A model generated the notes under the pieces. It was not told the DNA's origin and ran no database searches. It was given only the letters and a program-made list of their open reading frames with translations. Source: Sphingomonas sp. (GTDB taxonomy: Bacteria > Pseudomonadota > Alphaproteobacteria > Sphingomonadales > Sphingomonadaceae). Taken from it: a stretch of 64,000 nt of DNA. The first letter of the stretch is position 1. Each line of letters starts with the position of its first letter. The stretch is from contig NZ_JBQCCN010000131.1 in assembly GCF_051962185.1 (NCBI RefSeq), positions 2,407 through 66,406 on the forward strand, written 5' to 3'. This document shows, piece after piece, positions 20,018 through 32,203 of this stretch. The position numbers were made by a program, and so were the translations under genes.

Positions 20018-21475
20018 ATGTTGCTACGAATGATGCGCGGGGGACAGGCGGGCGCGCCGTTGATCCTGGGGCTGATCTTCCTGTTCGCCTTGCTGTCGGT
20101 GCTGCGGCCGGTCAATCATGACGAGAGCCAATATGTCGCCGCCGCGATCCTGGCGGGCAACGCGCTCCCGTGGCGCGACTTCGCTTATTTCCAGACGCCG
20201 CTGCAGCCGATGCTGTTCGCGCCGTTCGCGGTCGGGATGGGCGCGCTCGCCTGGCCGGCGCTGCGCGTGCTCAACGCGGTGCTGGGCGCCGTGGCGGTGC
20301 TGATGGTCGGGCGTGCCGCCAAGGCCGCCGGCACCACGCCGCGAATGGCGATCATGGTCGCGACCTTGTTCGCCGGGACCGACATCCTGCTGTTCAGCGC
20401 CGGCACCGCGCGCAACGACGCGCTGCCCGCCGCCGCTTTGGCCGGTGCGCTGGTGCTGATGGTGCGCGCGGCGCGCGGCGAGGGATCGACGGGGCAGGCG
20501 CTGCTGACCGGCTTCCTGCTCGCGCTCGCGGCGGGGACCAAGATCAGCTACGCAATCCCCGCTGCGGCCTATTTCCTTTGGGCATTGCTCGACCGCCGGC
20601 ATCGGCCGGTGATGATCGCGCTCGGCGCGCTGCCGGTGGTCGCCTTCGTCGGCTGGATGGTGGCGCAGGCGCCCGAGGCGGCGCGGTTCGAGGTGCTGAC
20701 CTTCCCCGCGCTGGCGCCCGACCAGATGTATCGCGACGCCGGCCGCGCGTTCAAATTGTCGCTGGGGTTCAAGGCGATCGATACGTTCAAGTTTCTCGCG
20801 CTCGGCACGGCGCTGCCGGCGATCGTCGCGGTCGCCGCGCGCTGGCGGCGCGACGAGCAGGGCCTAGCGCGCCTGCTCGACGTGATGATCCTCGCCGGCC
20901 TCGTCGCGGCCCTGCTCCCCGAGCCGACCTGGCGGCAGTATCTGTTGCCGGTGCTGCCGCCCCTGTTCGTGCGGCTGGCGCTGCTGTGGGAGATGTCGCC
21001 GCCCGGCCGATGGGAAAGGATCGCGTTCGTGACCTTCTTCTGCGCCGGGCTGGCCCCCTCCGTCGAGGCAGTGGTGCTGACCGCCTTGCATGGCGCGCCG
21101 ATGGCCAATGCGGTGACCGATGGCGCGCGGCTGACCGTGGCGATGGAAAAGCAGGGGGTGACTGGCGCGGTTGCGACCCTCTCGCCGCAATATGTCGCCG
21201 CGACCGGGCGATCGATCGATCCGCGTTTCGCCGCCGGGCCGTTCTATTTCCGCAGCCACGACCTGCTCGACCCGGCGAGCGAGCGGAAGCTCAATCTGGT
21301 CTCGGCCAAGACGCTCGACACCGCGACCTTGCCCCAGGCGGTGCTGGTTGGGGGCGATGCCGATGCGGAAGGCGGCGACGCCGCGCTGGAAGCGAAACTG
21401 GCGGCCGCCGCGGCGCCGCGCGCGGTCGGCATCGCGCGGTTGAACGGGAAGTTTACGCTCTACGTGCTGCGCTGA
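20018..21475 (+). CDS. GT-C-type (ArnT/PMT-like) integral membrane glycosyltransferase
   Basis: First-loop HDE motif, RDF..FQTP, RND, TK, many TM helices. Confidence 0.65.
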   Translation: MLLRMMRGGQAGAPLILGLIFLFALLSVLRPVNHDESQYVAAAILAGNALPWRDFAYFQTPLQPMLFAPFAVGMGALAWPALRVLNAVLGAVAVLMVGRAAKAAGTTPRMAIMVATLFAGTDILLFSAGTARNDALPAAALAGALVLMVRAARGEGSTGQALLTGFLLALAAGTKISYAIPAAAYFLWALLDRRHRPVMIALGALPVVAFVGWMVAQAPEAARFEVLTFPALAPDQMYRDAGRAFKLSLGFKAIDTFKFLALGTALPAIVAVAARWRRDEQGLARLLDVMILAGLVAALLPEPTWRQYLLPVLPPLFVRLALLWEMSPPGRWERIAFVTFFCAGLAPSVEAVVLTALHGAPMANAVTDGARLTVAMEKQGVTGAVATLSPQYVAATGRSIDPRFAAGPFYFRSHDLLDPASERKLNLVSAKTLDTATLPQAVLVGGDADAEGGDAALEAKLAAAAAPRAVGIARLNGKFTLYVLR

Positions 21476-22649
21476 GCGCGACGCCGTCGCGGGCGTCGAT
21501 CAGCGACTGGTAATAGGCCATCAGGTCGACGGCATGTTCGCGATCGGTCCGCACCCGGCCGGCGGCGACCACCGCCGCCTTGCGCAGGATCGCCGGCTCG
21601 CGCGAGAACAACCGAAGGATCGCCTGCGCCGCCGAACCGGCATTGCGGGCGCGAGAGGTCTCGCTGGTCAGAGGATCGGCGACCTCGGCGCAACCGCCGG
21701 TGTCGGGGACGACCAGCGGCAGGCCCGACGCCATCGCCTCGGACGGCACCAGCCCGAACGGCTCGGCCTCGGAGCCGTGGATCAAGCCGTCGGCGCTCGC
21801 CATGATGCGGGCGAGTTCGTTCCGCGCGTAGACCGGGCGAAACAGGCGGATATGCGGGTTGCCGTCGATCCGCGCCTCGAGCTTCTTGCTCTCGGGCCCA
21901 GTGCCGAGCAGCATCAGGCCGACCGGCAATTTGTCCCCGGCCATGCGCACCGCGTCGATCACCAGCGGCCAACGCTTCTCGCCGTGATGGCGGCCGATCC
22001 CGATCAGCAAATGCCCCTCGGGCGGCAGGCCGAGCTGGCGCAGCATGGCGGCGCGCAGCCGCTCGTCGCGCAGATCGGGTGAGAAATGGCTGCGTTCGAT
22101 GCCCAGCGTCATCGCCGCGTCGACCCGCACGCCACGCCGCGCCATCCGTTTCTGCAGCGCGGGACCATTGGTGACGACGGTATCGTAGAGCTCCAGGAAG
22201 CGGTTCATGTAGCGTGCATAGATGAAGCACGCGTTCTCGATCTGCTCGGGCGCCGCTACGCCTTCGAACCAGCGCATCGGATAGGCGGCGATATTGTCGT
22301 TATGCATGAAGAACGACTTGAGCGCGGGGCCTTGCCACTTGCCGACGATCCAGGCCGGGCGCCATGGCGACGAGGTCTCGACCACATCGGGCTTCAGTTC
22401 GTCGAGCCAGCGCCAGATCGGTTCGTAGCGCGAGAACAGGCCATAGTTCTTGTCGAACGGCAGCCCGGGCGACTTGACGTAGATGACCTTGCCGCCGCCG
22501 GCGCGTTCCTCGACCCGGTCTTCCTTGCCGCAGGCGATGCAGACCAGTTCGTGGCCCATGTCGGCCATGATCGCCATCTTGCGATCGATGTAAGTGCGGA
22601 CGCCGCCGCCGGTCGGCGAGTAGAATTCGTTGACGTCGACGACCAGCAT
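21453..22649 (-). CDS. GT4-family (GT-B) glycosyltransferase
   Basis: FYSPTGGGVRTY, GRHHGEK, EPFGLVPSEAMASG. Confidence 0.88.
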   Translation of the reverse strand: MLVVDVNEFYSPTGGGVRTYIDRKMAIMADMGHELVCIACGKEDRVEERAGGGKVIYVKSPGLPFDKNYGLFSRYEPIWRWLDELKPDVVETSSPWRPAWIVGKWQGPALKSFFMHNDNIAAYPMRWFEGVAAPEQIENACFIYARYMNRFLELYDTVVTNGPALQKRMARRGVRVDAAMTLGIERSHFSPDLRDERLRAAMLRQLGLPPEGHLLIGIGRHHGEKRWPLVIDAVRMAGDKLPVGLMLLGTGPESKKLEARIDGNPHIRLFRPVYARNELARIMASADGLIHGSEAEPFGLVPSEAMASGLPLVVPDTGGCAEVADPLTSETSRARNAGSAAQAILRLFSREPAILRKAAVVAAGRVRTDREHAVDLMAYYQSLIDARDGVALSAARRA

Positions 22650-22659
22650 CGCCGGCGCC

Positions 22660-23613
22660 TCAGATCTGGCGCCTGATCACCGCCTGGGCCGCGAAGAAGG
22701 CGGCGAAGGCGACATGGACGACCAGGGTCAGCGCGGTGGTGAAGGCGATCAGGTTGGACAAATCGTTGCCCGCGCCGATGATCGCGGTGGTCATGGTGGT
22801 GAAGACCAGGTCCTTGTTCACGAACGGCAGCCGCGACACCAGCATGCGCACCGCCGACAGGATCAGCCATGCGCCGATGCCGACCCCCGGCAAGGCGAAA
22901 TGCCAGGCGAAAGCGATCAGCAGGCACCCGGCCGAAAGGCGCATCGCGTGCACCCAGAAGATCCACCACAAGGTCTTCCGGTCGAGCGAGAATACCTTGC
23001 GAGAGAAGATCAGGAACGGCAGGCACATCGCGATCACGACCGGGATGCCGACGAACAGGCCGGTGTAGTAACGCTCGGGCAGCACCTGGAGCGCGAAGGG
23101 CAGGGCGAGCGCGGTCATCACCAGCGTCATGATGTTGCCCGAGATCGCGGAGAGGATCGAGACGTCCTTGACCGCGCCGAAGGGCGCGGCGACCATCGAC
23201 GCGCGGGTTCGCGCCCAGGCGTAGAAATAGGCGTCGCCCGAATAGCCGACCACCGCCTCGTTCGCGATGCGCTTCTTGATCAGCGCGCCGAACCCCTCGA
23301 GCGGGATTTTCCACAAGCGGCGAAAGATGATGTAATCGCCGGTCGGCGGCGAGATGTAGAGCAACGCGAAGACGATATAGTAGAGCCAGGAATCGGGCGC
23401 GGCATGGCTGAGGCCGGCCAGGCCCGAGCCGAGCAATTGCTTGGCCAGACCCGCGATCATCGCGAGGCTCAGCACGCCGGCGATGATCATCGGCCAGCGG
23501 CTCTTCAGCGTCTTGACGGGTTCGAGCCCGGCGAGATCCTCCGCTGCATCGGCAATCTTCGGTGCCAGTTTGGCGGCCGGATTGGTGGATGCCCCGACAA
23601 AGCCGCTGTTCAT
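22660..23613 (-). CDS. Multi-TM membrane protein (LPG-synthase TM/flippase-like)
   Basis: About 8 TM helices; co-directional and adjacent to the GT4 gene; GGAG RBS before ATG 23613. Confidence 0.6.
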   Translation of the reverse strand: MNSGFVGASTNPAAKLAPKIADAAEDLAGLEPVKTLKSRWPMIIAGVLSLAMIAGLAKQLLGSGLAGLSHAAPDSWLYYIVFALLYISPPTGDYIIFRRLWKIPLEGFGALIKKRIANEAVVGYSGDAYFYAWARTRASMVAAPFGAVKDVSILSAISGNIMTLVMTALALPFALQVLPERYYTGLFVGIPVVIAMCLPFLIFSRKVFSLDRKTLWWIFWVHAMRLSAGCLLIAFAWHFALPGVGIGAWLILSAVRMLVSRLPFVNKDLVFTTMTTAIIGAGNDLSNLIAFTTALTLVVHVAFAAFFAAQAVIRRQI

Positions 23614-23889
23614 CGACGCTCCAACATCAGTGTGTCCAACCGGGGGCAAATCCATACAAATCGCGACCTGCCCGGAAATCATGGCCGCTTAACGGCAACG
23701 CACGAGAGCGACAATCGACCCTGCGATAGGACGGTCGCCGCGAATGCTGCGCGATTTGGGGGTGGCAAGACCGAATGGCAAGTATTATGTTGCATTGCAG
23801 CATCGGTTGGGCGGTAATTTCATCGCTCTGCCGCAATTTTTTCGTGCTTGAGAAACTTTTGCCACAAATCGGAGTTAGCGGGCGCATTC

Positions 23890-24990
23890 ATGCTCAGTCC
23901 TTACGCCCCCGTAAGAATCCTGACTTTCGCTCACAGCTTGAAAGGCGGTGGGGTAGAGCGCGCGATGCTACGCATGGTCCGCGGTTGGGTCGAATTGGGG
24001 CAACAGGTCACGCTCGTCCTGAGCGACGCGCAGGGACCGCTTGCCGCTGAAATCCCCGACGGCGTGCGGCTGATCGAGCTCGGTACCACGCATCTTGGCA
24101 TGATCCGCGCTCTGCCCAACGCGGTTAAGGCGGTCGCCCCCGATCTCGTATTCTGCCCCGGCAATCATTATTCGAGCGCGGTCGCGTGGTTGAAGCTGCG
24201 GCTCGGCCGCGATTGTCCGCCGGTGGTCGGCAAGGTCTCCAACCGACTCGATCGCGACGACCAGCATTTCCCGGTCGCGCAGGGCTATCATACCTTCCTC
24301 AGGACCTATCCGAGCTTCATCGACCACCTGATCGCGATGAGCCCCGCGATGGCCGAGGAGACGGTGCGCATGACCGGGATCGGCGCCGATCGCGTCAGCG
24401 TCATCCCCAATCCACCGAGCGCCGAACCGATCGGCGTGCCGACGCCACCTCTGCCCGGTGCCGATTATCTGATCGGGATCGGCCGCCTGACCCAGCAGAA
24501 GCGCTGGGATCGGGCGATCGACGCGCTGGCCCGGGTCGAACGGCGCGACGCCAAGCTGATGATCGTCGGCGAGGGCGAGATTCGCCACGAACTCGAGAAT
24601 CAGATCGACACGCTGGGCCTGCGCGCGCGCGTCCATCTGCCCGGCTATTCGACCAACCCGCGTCCCGCCCTGGCTCAGGCGCGCGCCTTGGTGCTGACGT
24701 CCGATTTCGAGGGCGTTCCCGGCGTGCTGCAGGAAGCGCTGGCGCTCGGCACGCCGGTGGTCACGACCGAATCGAGCGTCGCGATTCGCGAGATCGTCGC
24801 GCATCCGCATCTCGGCAGCATCGTCCCGACCGACGATCCGGCTGCGCTGGTCTCGGCGTTCGACCATTGGCTCGCCCCCGGGCGCCCCCGCCCCGATCCG
24901 GTGCCCGAGCGCGGCCATGATTCGGTCGAACGCTATGTCCGGCTGTTCGAGGAACTGGTGCTCGATCGCAAGCTCAGCCGGCTGGGCTGA
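23890..24990 (+). CDS. GT4-family glycosyltransferase
   Basis: GGGVER, IGRLTQQK, SDFEGVPGVLQEALALG. Confidence 0.88.
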   Translation: MLSPYAPVRILTFAHSLKGGGVERAMLRMVRGWVELGQQVTLVLSDAQGPLAAEIPDGVRLIELGTTHLGMIRALPNAVKAVAPDLVFCPGNHYSSAVAWLKLRLGRDCPPVVGKVSNRLDRDDQHFPVAQGYHTFLRTYPSFIDHLIAMSPAMAEETVRMTGIGADRVSVIPNPPSAEPIGVPTPPLPGADYLIGIGRLTQQKRWDRAIDALARVERRDAKLMIVGEGEIRHELENQIDTLGLRARVHLPGYSTNPRPALAQARALVLTSDFEGVPGVLQEALALGTPVVTTESSVAIREIVAHPHLGSIVPTDDPAALVSAFDHWLAPGRPRPDPVPERGHDSVERYVRLFEELVLDRKLSRLG

Positions 24991-25603
24991 ACCGGTCCGG
25001 ATGCGCCGCGGCGACCGCCGGGTGTGCCGTCAGCGCCGCATCGATCGCCACCAGTCGCGGGAAAGCGTCGAGCGGGGTTTCGAGCCGCCGGGCATTGTAC
25101 ATCTGCGGTACCAGGCAGACGTCGGACAAATCGGGCGCGTCGCCGCCCATGAACCGCCCGTCGCCGGCCATCGCCTCCAGCGCGGCGAATCCCTCGAGAA
25201 TCCAGTGGCGGTACCAATCGTCCCGGCCGGCCTGGTCCACCCCCATCTCGTTCAACCGGCGCAGGATGCGCAGATTGTCGACCGGGTGGATGTCGGCGGC
25301 GATTACCAGCGCACGCTGCCACGTCTTGGCGCGCGCGAACGGATCGGTCGGCACGAGTCGCGGCTCGGGAAAGCGCGCGTCGAGATAATCGATGATCGCC
25401 AGGCTCTGCCCGATGACATGGCCATCGATCTCGAGCGTCGGGACCAGCCCTTGCGGATTGACCGCGCGATTGTCCGGCGCGACCTGCTCGCGCTTGAGCA
25501 GGTCCACCACGTGGCGTTCGTACGGAACCTGCTTCATCGCCAGCGCGATGCGCACGCGATAGCTCGCCGACGAGCGCCAGTAATCGTGCAGGCGGATCGT
25601 CAC
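24974..25603 (-). CDS. maiA: Maleylacetoacetate isomerase (GST zeta)
   Basis: YWRSSASYRVRIAL, NPQGLVP, QSLAI, DIHP, LVPQMYNARR; GTG start overlaps the upstream stop. Confidence 0.92.
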   Translation of the reverse strand: MTIRLHDYWRSSASYRVRIALAMKQVPYERHVVDLLKREQVAPDNRAVNPQGLVPTLEIDGHVIGQSLAIIDYLDARFPEPRLVPTDPFARAKTWQRALVIAADIHPVDNLRILRRLNEMGVDQAGRDDWYRHWILEGFAALEAMAGDGRFMGGDAPDLSDVCLVPQMYNARRLETPLDAFPRLVAIDAALTAHPAVAAAHPDRFSPAG

Positions 25604-26688
25604 AGCATCCCCATCCCGGCCGCGGCGGCCTCCGCATCCTCTTCGGCGGTGCGTTCCGAATTGCGCTCGAGCGCGACCTTGATCATCGCGGTGAGCGGAT
25701 CGGCGAGCGCGAGGCCGAGCACGCCGAACAGCGTCGAGGCGAGGATCTGCATCGACAGCGTCAGCGCCGGCGGCAGGTCGACCGTGCGCCGCGCGACCAG
25801 CGGGATCACCACCCAGCCGTCGAAGGTCTGGATGACGAAATAGATCACGATCGCCCACAGGCCCTTGTCCATTCCCGCACTGAACCCGACCGAGATCATC
25901 AGCACGCCGCTGACGAACGCACCGATATTGGGGATGAAGGCGAGCATGCCGGTGATGATGCCGAGCACCAACGCCATCGGGATGCCGGCGATGCTGAGCG
26001 CGATCCACATCACCACGCCCTCGAACGCCATGCCGGCGAGACGTCCGGCGAGCAGCCGGCGAAGCTGCGTCGCCATCCGGCCCAGCGTCAGCGCGAATTC
26101 GGCGCGATAGTCGCTGGGCACCATCCATTGCAGGCCGCGGTCGTAGATACGCGGCTCCATCGCCACGAACAGCCCGATCACCATGATCATGAATAAGGTG
26201 GTGATCGCGCCGAGCGCGGTACCGATCCAACTGGTCAGCTTGCCGACCGACCCCAGCGCCTGTTGCGCCAGCCCCTTGAGATCGTCGGCGCCGGGCAGGA
26301 TGCCTTGCATCGCCGCCCATTCGGACAGTTTGTCGGCCTGGATCTCCAGCGTCGCCTGGAGTTGCTTGAACTGCACGACGATGCCCGCGCCGGTCTGATA
26401 GACGGTGGTGCCGATGAACAGGATCGTCAGCACGACGACGATCAGCAGCCGCCAGCCGCGCGGGATCGGCAGGATGCGGCCGAGCAGCCGCACGCCGCCA
26501 TCGAGCATCGAGGCGAACACCAGCCCCGCCAGGATGATCAGGATCGGCTGGATCAGGATGACCACCAGCGCCATCGTCGCGGCGAGTCCCAGCCACACCG
26601 CGGCGCGACGCAATTCGCGCCGCGTCTCGGGATTGCGCATCTCGTGCGGGCTGGGCTCGGCGACCAGCGTCTGGGGCTCGTCCGCCAC
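25600..26688 (-). CDS. AI-2E family transporter
   Basis: AFIPNIG, Q..DG...P, LFGVLGLALADPL. Confidence 0.88.
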   Translation of the reverse strand: MADEPQTLVAEPSPHEMRNPETRRELRRAAVWLGLAATMALVVILIQPILIILAGLVFASMLDGGVRLLGRILPIPRGWRLLIVVVLTILFIGTTVYQTGAGIVVQFKQLQATLEIQADKLSEWAAMQGILPGADDLKGLAQQALGSVGKLTSWIGTALGAITTLFMIMVIGLFVAMEPRIYDRGLQWMVPSDYRAEFALTLGRMATQLRRLLAGRLAGMAFEGVVMWIALSIAGIPMALVLGIITGMLAFIPNIGAFVSGVLMISVGFSAGMDKGLWAIVIYFVIQTFDGWVVIPLVARRTVDLPPALTLSMQILASTLFGVLGLALADPLTAMIKVALERNSERTAEEDAEAAAAGMGML

Positions 26689-26689
26689 G

Positions 26690-27694
26690 CTATTTGTCTC
26701 GTGCCGGATGAAGCGAAATGCCCGCGCGGCCGCCGCGCAACCCGTTCCACCAAGTCAGCGGGTTCCAGGTCGCGTGGCCGTTCTTGGAGAAAGTGATGAA
26801 CTCGGCACGGCCGCCGATATATTCCCACGGCACCGGGCCGCCGAGGCCGCCGAGATCGAGCGAGATGCGGCTGTCGGCCGACCGCTCGCGATTGTCGCCC
26901 ATCAGGAAGACATGGTCCTTGGGGACGACGATCGGCCCGTAATTATCGCCCTCGTAATAGAGCGGGCCGGTCCCTGGTTCGCCATGGGTGAGGTCGACGG
27001 TCTCGTAGCTGCGGCCGTTGGGCAGAGTCTCGCGAACCAGCGGCAGGCGGCAGGTCTGCTTGCCGGCCGGGCCTTGCAGCCCGCCGGGAATGTCGCACGT
27101 CGTCCCCTGTTCGGGCGCGGGCAGCGCCATCCCGCCGTAATCGGCGACGTCGACATAATGGAGCGGCCCGCGCTTGACCGGCACGTTGTTGATGACGAGG
27201 ACGCCGTTGCGCACTTCGATGCGATCGCCGGGCAAGCCGACGACGCGCTTGATGTAATCGGTGTTGCGCCCGGGCGGCGTGACGATGACGACGTCGCCGC
27301 GCTCGGGCATGCGGCCGAACAGCCGGCCATGGACGAACGGCAGCTGGACGCCCCAGCTCTCTTCCTGCCTGTGCTGGACGAGGCTGTGCCACATCGCGAC
27401 CGGATTGGGGATAGTCGGGGAAATGAACGACCAGCCATAAGCGTATTTGGTCACGACCAGCTGATCGCCGACCAATAGCCCCGGGAGCATCGATTCGGAC
27501 GGGATGTAGAACGGCTTGGCGATGAAGCTGTGGAAGCCGAGGACGGCGAGCACCAGCCAGAAGAGGCCGGCGATCTCGCGCCAGGTCGCCCTGGCACGCG
27601 CACGCCATTTGTCGCCGGCCGGCGGGCCGGCGGCGTCCGCCGGTGCCGTCGCGGGCTCGAATTCTCCGTCGTTCAACGCCAACTCGTCACTCAT
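26690..27694 (-). CDS. lepB: Signal peptidase I
   Basis: PFYIPSESM (catalytic Ser), YIKR (catalytic Lys), GDNR..SADSR. Confidence 0.94.
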   Translation of the reverse strand: MSDELALNDGEFEPATAPADAAGPPAGDKWRARARATWREIAGLFWLVLAVLGFHSFIAKPFYIPSESMLPGLLVGDQLVVTKYAYGWSFISPTIPNPVAMWHSLVQHRQEESWGVQLPFVHGRLFGRMPERGDVVIVTPPGRNTDYIKRVVGLPGDRIEVRNGVLVINNVPVKRGPLHYVDVADYGGMALPAPEQGTTCDIPGGLQGPAGKQTCRLPLVRETLPNGRSYETVDLTHGEPGTGPLYYEGDNYGPIVVPKDHVFLMGDNRERSADSRISLDLGGLGGPVPWEYIGGRAEFITFSKNGHATWNPLTWWNGLRGGRAGISLHPARDK

Positions 27695-28134
27695 CCATCG
27701 TTCCCGGTCTCGTTCGGCCCGATAGCATCATCCGACGCCGGCCGCGCCTCGATCACCACGAAGGCCTGCGCCCAAGGGTGATCGTCGGTAAGTGTTACAT
27801 GTATATAAGACACGTGGCCAGCCGGCGTGAGCGCGTCAAGCCGCGCGCGGGCGCCGCCCGTCAGCGCCAGCGTCGGCGCGCCCGATCGCGCGTTGACCAC
27901 GCCGAGGTCCTTCATGAAGACGCCGGCCTTGAACCCGGTGCCGACCGCCTTGGAAAAGGCTTCCTTGGCGGCGAAGCGCTTGGCCAGCGTACCCGCCTTG
28001 GTGAACGGGCGCCGATTCGCCTTGGCGCGCTCGATCTCGGTGAAAACGCGATTCTCGAATCGTTCGCCGAAGCGGTCGAGCGAATTCTGGATCCGCTCGA
28101 TGTTGCAGAGGTCGGAACCGAGGCCGATGATCAT
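27691..28134 (-). CDS. acpS: Holo-ACP synthase
   Basis: [28 protein letters not shown]. Confidence 0.95.
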   Translation of the reverse strand: MIIGLGSDLCNIERIQNSLDRFGERFENRVFTEIERAKANRRPFTKAGTLAKRFAAKEAFSKAVGTGFKAGVFMKDLGVVNARSGAPTLALTGGARARLDALTPAGHVSYIHVTLTDDHPWAQAFVVIEARPASDDAIGPNETGNDG

Positions 28135-28135
28135 C

Positions 28136-28278
28136 AATCCTCCCCGTTTACGGGGAGGGGGCCCAAGACGCGAAGCGGCTTGGTGGAGGGGGCGGGCACC
28201 AAGCGATTCCGAGGAGGCGAACCCCCTCCACCACGCGGCTGCGCCGCGCGGTCCCCCTCCCCATGAAGGGGGAGGATT
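28136..28278. repeat. Multi-hairpin palindromic intergenic repeat (family B, CIR/RIME-like)
   Basis: Terminal AATCCTCCCC...GGGGAGGATT; 41 bp (28222-28262) identical to 44951-44991; central GATTC at 28205. Confidence 0.88.
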
Positions 28279-28291
28279 TGCGGGATTACCC

Positions 28292-29032
28292 TCACCGCGC
28301 CTCATCCATCAGCGCGCGCATCCTTCTCACTACCGGCGCGAGCCCGTCGAAAATCGCCTCGCCGATCAGGAAATGGCCGATGTTGAGCTCGCGAATCTGC
28401 GGGATGGCGGCGATCGGCACGACATTGTCGAAGGTCAGGCCGTGGCCGGCATGCGGCTCGATCCCGTTCTTGGCCGCGAGCGCGGCGGCGTCGGCGATTC
28501 GCTTGAGCTCGACCGCGCGTTCCTCGCCCTCGAGTTCGCAAAAGCGACCGGTGTGGATCTCGACCACCGGTGCGCCGAGGCTGAGCGCCGCTTCGATCTG
28601 GCGCGGGTCGGGTTCGATGAACAACGAGACGCGGATATTGGCCTCGCCCAAGGCGCGGACCATCGGCGCCAGGTGATTGTGCTGCCCGGCGGCGTCGAGT
28701 CCGCCCTCGGTGGTGCGCTCCTCGCGCTTTTCGGGCACGATGCACGCCGCATGCGGGCGGTGGCGCAGCGCGATGCCGAGCATTTCGTCGGTCGCCGCCA
28801 TTTCGAGGTTGAGCGGGATGCCGAGCTCGGCCGACAGCCGGGCGATGTCGTCCTCGGTGATGTGACGGCGATCCTCGCGCAGATGCGCGGTGATGCCGTC
28901 GGCACCCGCCTCGGCCGCGAGCAACGCCGCGCGCACCGGGTCGGGATAGCCGGAGCCGCGCGCGTTCCGGACGGTTGCGACATGATCGATGTTGACGCCC
29001 AGCCGCAGGCGATCTGATAGGGAACCGCTCAT
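28292..29032 (-). CDS. pdxJ: Pyridoxine 5'-phosphate synthase
   Basis: [42 protein letters not shown]. Confidence 0.97.
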   Translation of the reverse strand: MSGSLSDRLRLGVNIDHVATVRNARGSGYPDPVRAALLAAEAGADGITAHLREDRRHITEDDIARLSAELGIPLNLEMAATDEMLGIALRHRPHAACIVPEKREERTTEGGLDAAGQHNHLAPMVRALGEANIRVSLFIEPDPRQIEAALSLGAPVVEIHTGRFCELEGEERAVELKRIADAAALAAKNGIEPHAGHGLTFDNVVPIAAIPQIRELNIGHFLIGEAIFDGLAPVVRRMRALMDEAR

Positions 29033-29210
29033 CCGGGCCCCAGATACGGGCGTGGTTTGCGGGGCGCAACGCCGGCTTGTCGCTAAAAACGACTCCCGCG
29101 CCTTGAAGATTGCGACGCGAGCGGCGTATAGGCCCGGGCCAGACGGGCAAAATCCGCGACTGACCGGGCCGCCATGGCGGCTCAAACGACAAACGGGGTG
29201 ACGCGACGAC

Positions 29211-30380
29211 ATGCGCTTTTTGGGTGTGAAAACAGCGATGCTGGCGGCGGGGCTGATGCTCGCCGGCGCCGGCCAGGCCGCGCCACAGGCGCCCGCGGCA
29301 CCGCCGCCCGCGACCGCCGCGACGACGGCGGCGACCAGCGCCGCACCGACGGCCACGACCCCTGCCGCCGCGACTGCCGCCAAGGCGACCCCGGCCGCCG
29401 CAGCGACGCCCGCCGCCAACGACCCGCTGCTCGCGGTCGACGGTGCGCCCGCGATGAAGATCGATCCGACGATCGGTCAGCCGATTCCGGGCGGCTGGAA
29501 GCTCCAGCCGCAGGTCACCGACAATGGCCGGTACGCCGCCTGGATGCACAACGCGATCCTGTTGCCGGTGATCGTCGCGATCTCGGTCCTGGTCCTGTTC
29601 CTGCTGCTGTTCGTGGTGGCGCGCTTCAATCGTCGCGCCAATCCGGTGCCGTCGAAGACCGCACACAACACCGTGATCGAAGTGATCTGGACGCTGGTCC
29701 CGGTCATCATCCTGGTGCTGATCGCGATCCCGTCGATCGGCCTGCTCTCGCGCCAGTACAAGCCCGCGCCCAAGAACGCGATCACGCTGAAGGCGACCGG
29801 CAACCAATGGTATTGGACCTATTCCTACCCCGATAACGGCGGGTTCGAGATCACCGCCAACATCCTCAAGGAAAAGGACGAGGCCGCTCCCGGCGAGCGC
29901 GCGCGCACCGACGCCGACGGTCCCCGCCTGCTCGCGGTCGACAACCGAGTGGTGCTGCCGGTCGGCGTACCGATCCGCCTGATCACCACCTCGGCCGACG
30001 TGATCCACAGCTGGACCATCCCCGCCTTCTGGATCAAGCTCGACGCCGTCCCGGGCCGCCTCAACGAAACCAGCTTCACCATCGAGAAGCCGGGCGTCTA
30101 TTTCGGTCAATGCTCGGAACTGTGCGGGCCGAAGCACGGCTTCATGCCGATCGCGGTCGAAGCGGTTCCGCTCGACGTCTTCAACAAATGGGTCGTGGCC
30201 AAGGGCGGCAAGGTCGCCGGCGCGCCGGACGCCGCCGCGGCGGCTCCGGCCACCACGACCAACGCGACGACCCCGGCCGCTCCCGAGGGCCCCGTCGCCG
30301 GCAACGCCGCCACGCCTGCTCCCGTCACGAATCAAGCCGCCACCGCCAACCCGGCGGGCGCCGGCAACACCGGAAACTGA
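29211..30380 (+). CDS. coxB: Cytochrome c oxidase subunit II
   Basis: IEVIWT, GNQWYW, DVIHSW, CuA motif [12 protein letters not shown]. Confidence 0.96.
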   Translation: MRFLGVKTAMLAAGLMLAGAGQAAPQAPAAPPPATAATTAATSAAPTATTPAAATAAKATPAAAATPAANDPLLAVDGAPAMKIDPTIGQPIPGGWKLQPQVTDNGRYAAWMHNAILLPVIVAISVLVLFLLLFVVARFNRRANPVPSKTAHNTVIEVIWTLVPVIILVLIAIPSIGLLSRQYKPAPKNAITLKATGNQWYWTYSYPDNGGFEITANILKEKDEAAPGERARTDADGPRLLAVDNRVVLPVGVPIRLITTSADVIHSWTIPAFWIKLDAVPGRLNETSFTIEKPGVYFGQCSELCGPKHGFMPIAVEAVPLDVFNKWVVAKGGKVAGAPDAAAAAPATTTNATTPAAPEGPVAGNAATPAPVTNQAATANPAGAGNTGN

Positions 30381-32096
<1,716 letters not shown>

Positions 32097-32119
32097 TCGG
32101 TAGCCACCGGCAACGATCG

Positions 32120-32151
32120 CGCCCCGGATATAATCCGGGGCGTTTTCGTTT
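32120..32151 (+). terminator. Rho-independent terminator after ctaD
   Basis: CGCCCCGGA-TATAA-TCCGGGGCG followed by TTTTCGTTT. Confidence 0.75.
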
Positions 32152-32203
32152 CGGCGCAACGGCTTTGCACTCCGGCCAGAGCCGCCTATAGGCCCCTCAA
32201 CCC

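Noticed and set aside
26690-27694. lepB not followed by rnc-era and carrying insertions
   Set aside because: Catalytic motifs are intact; gene-order and loop variation are ordinary
27691-28305. 204-aa extended AcpS as the primary annotation
   Set aside because: The extension is translated repeat sequence; the family-typical start is MIIGLG at 28134
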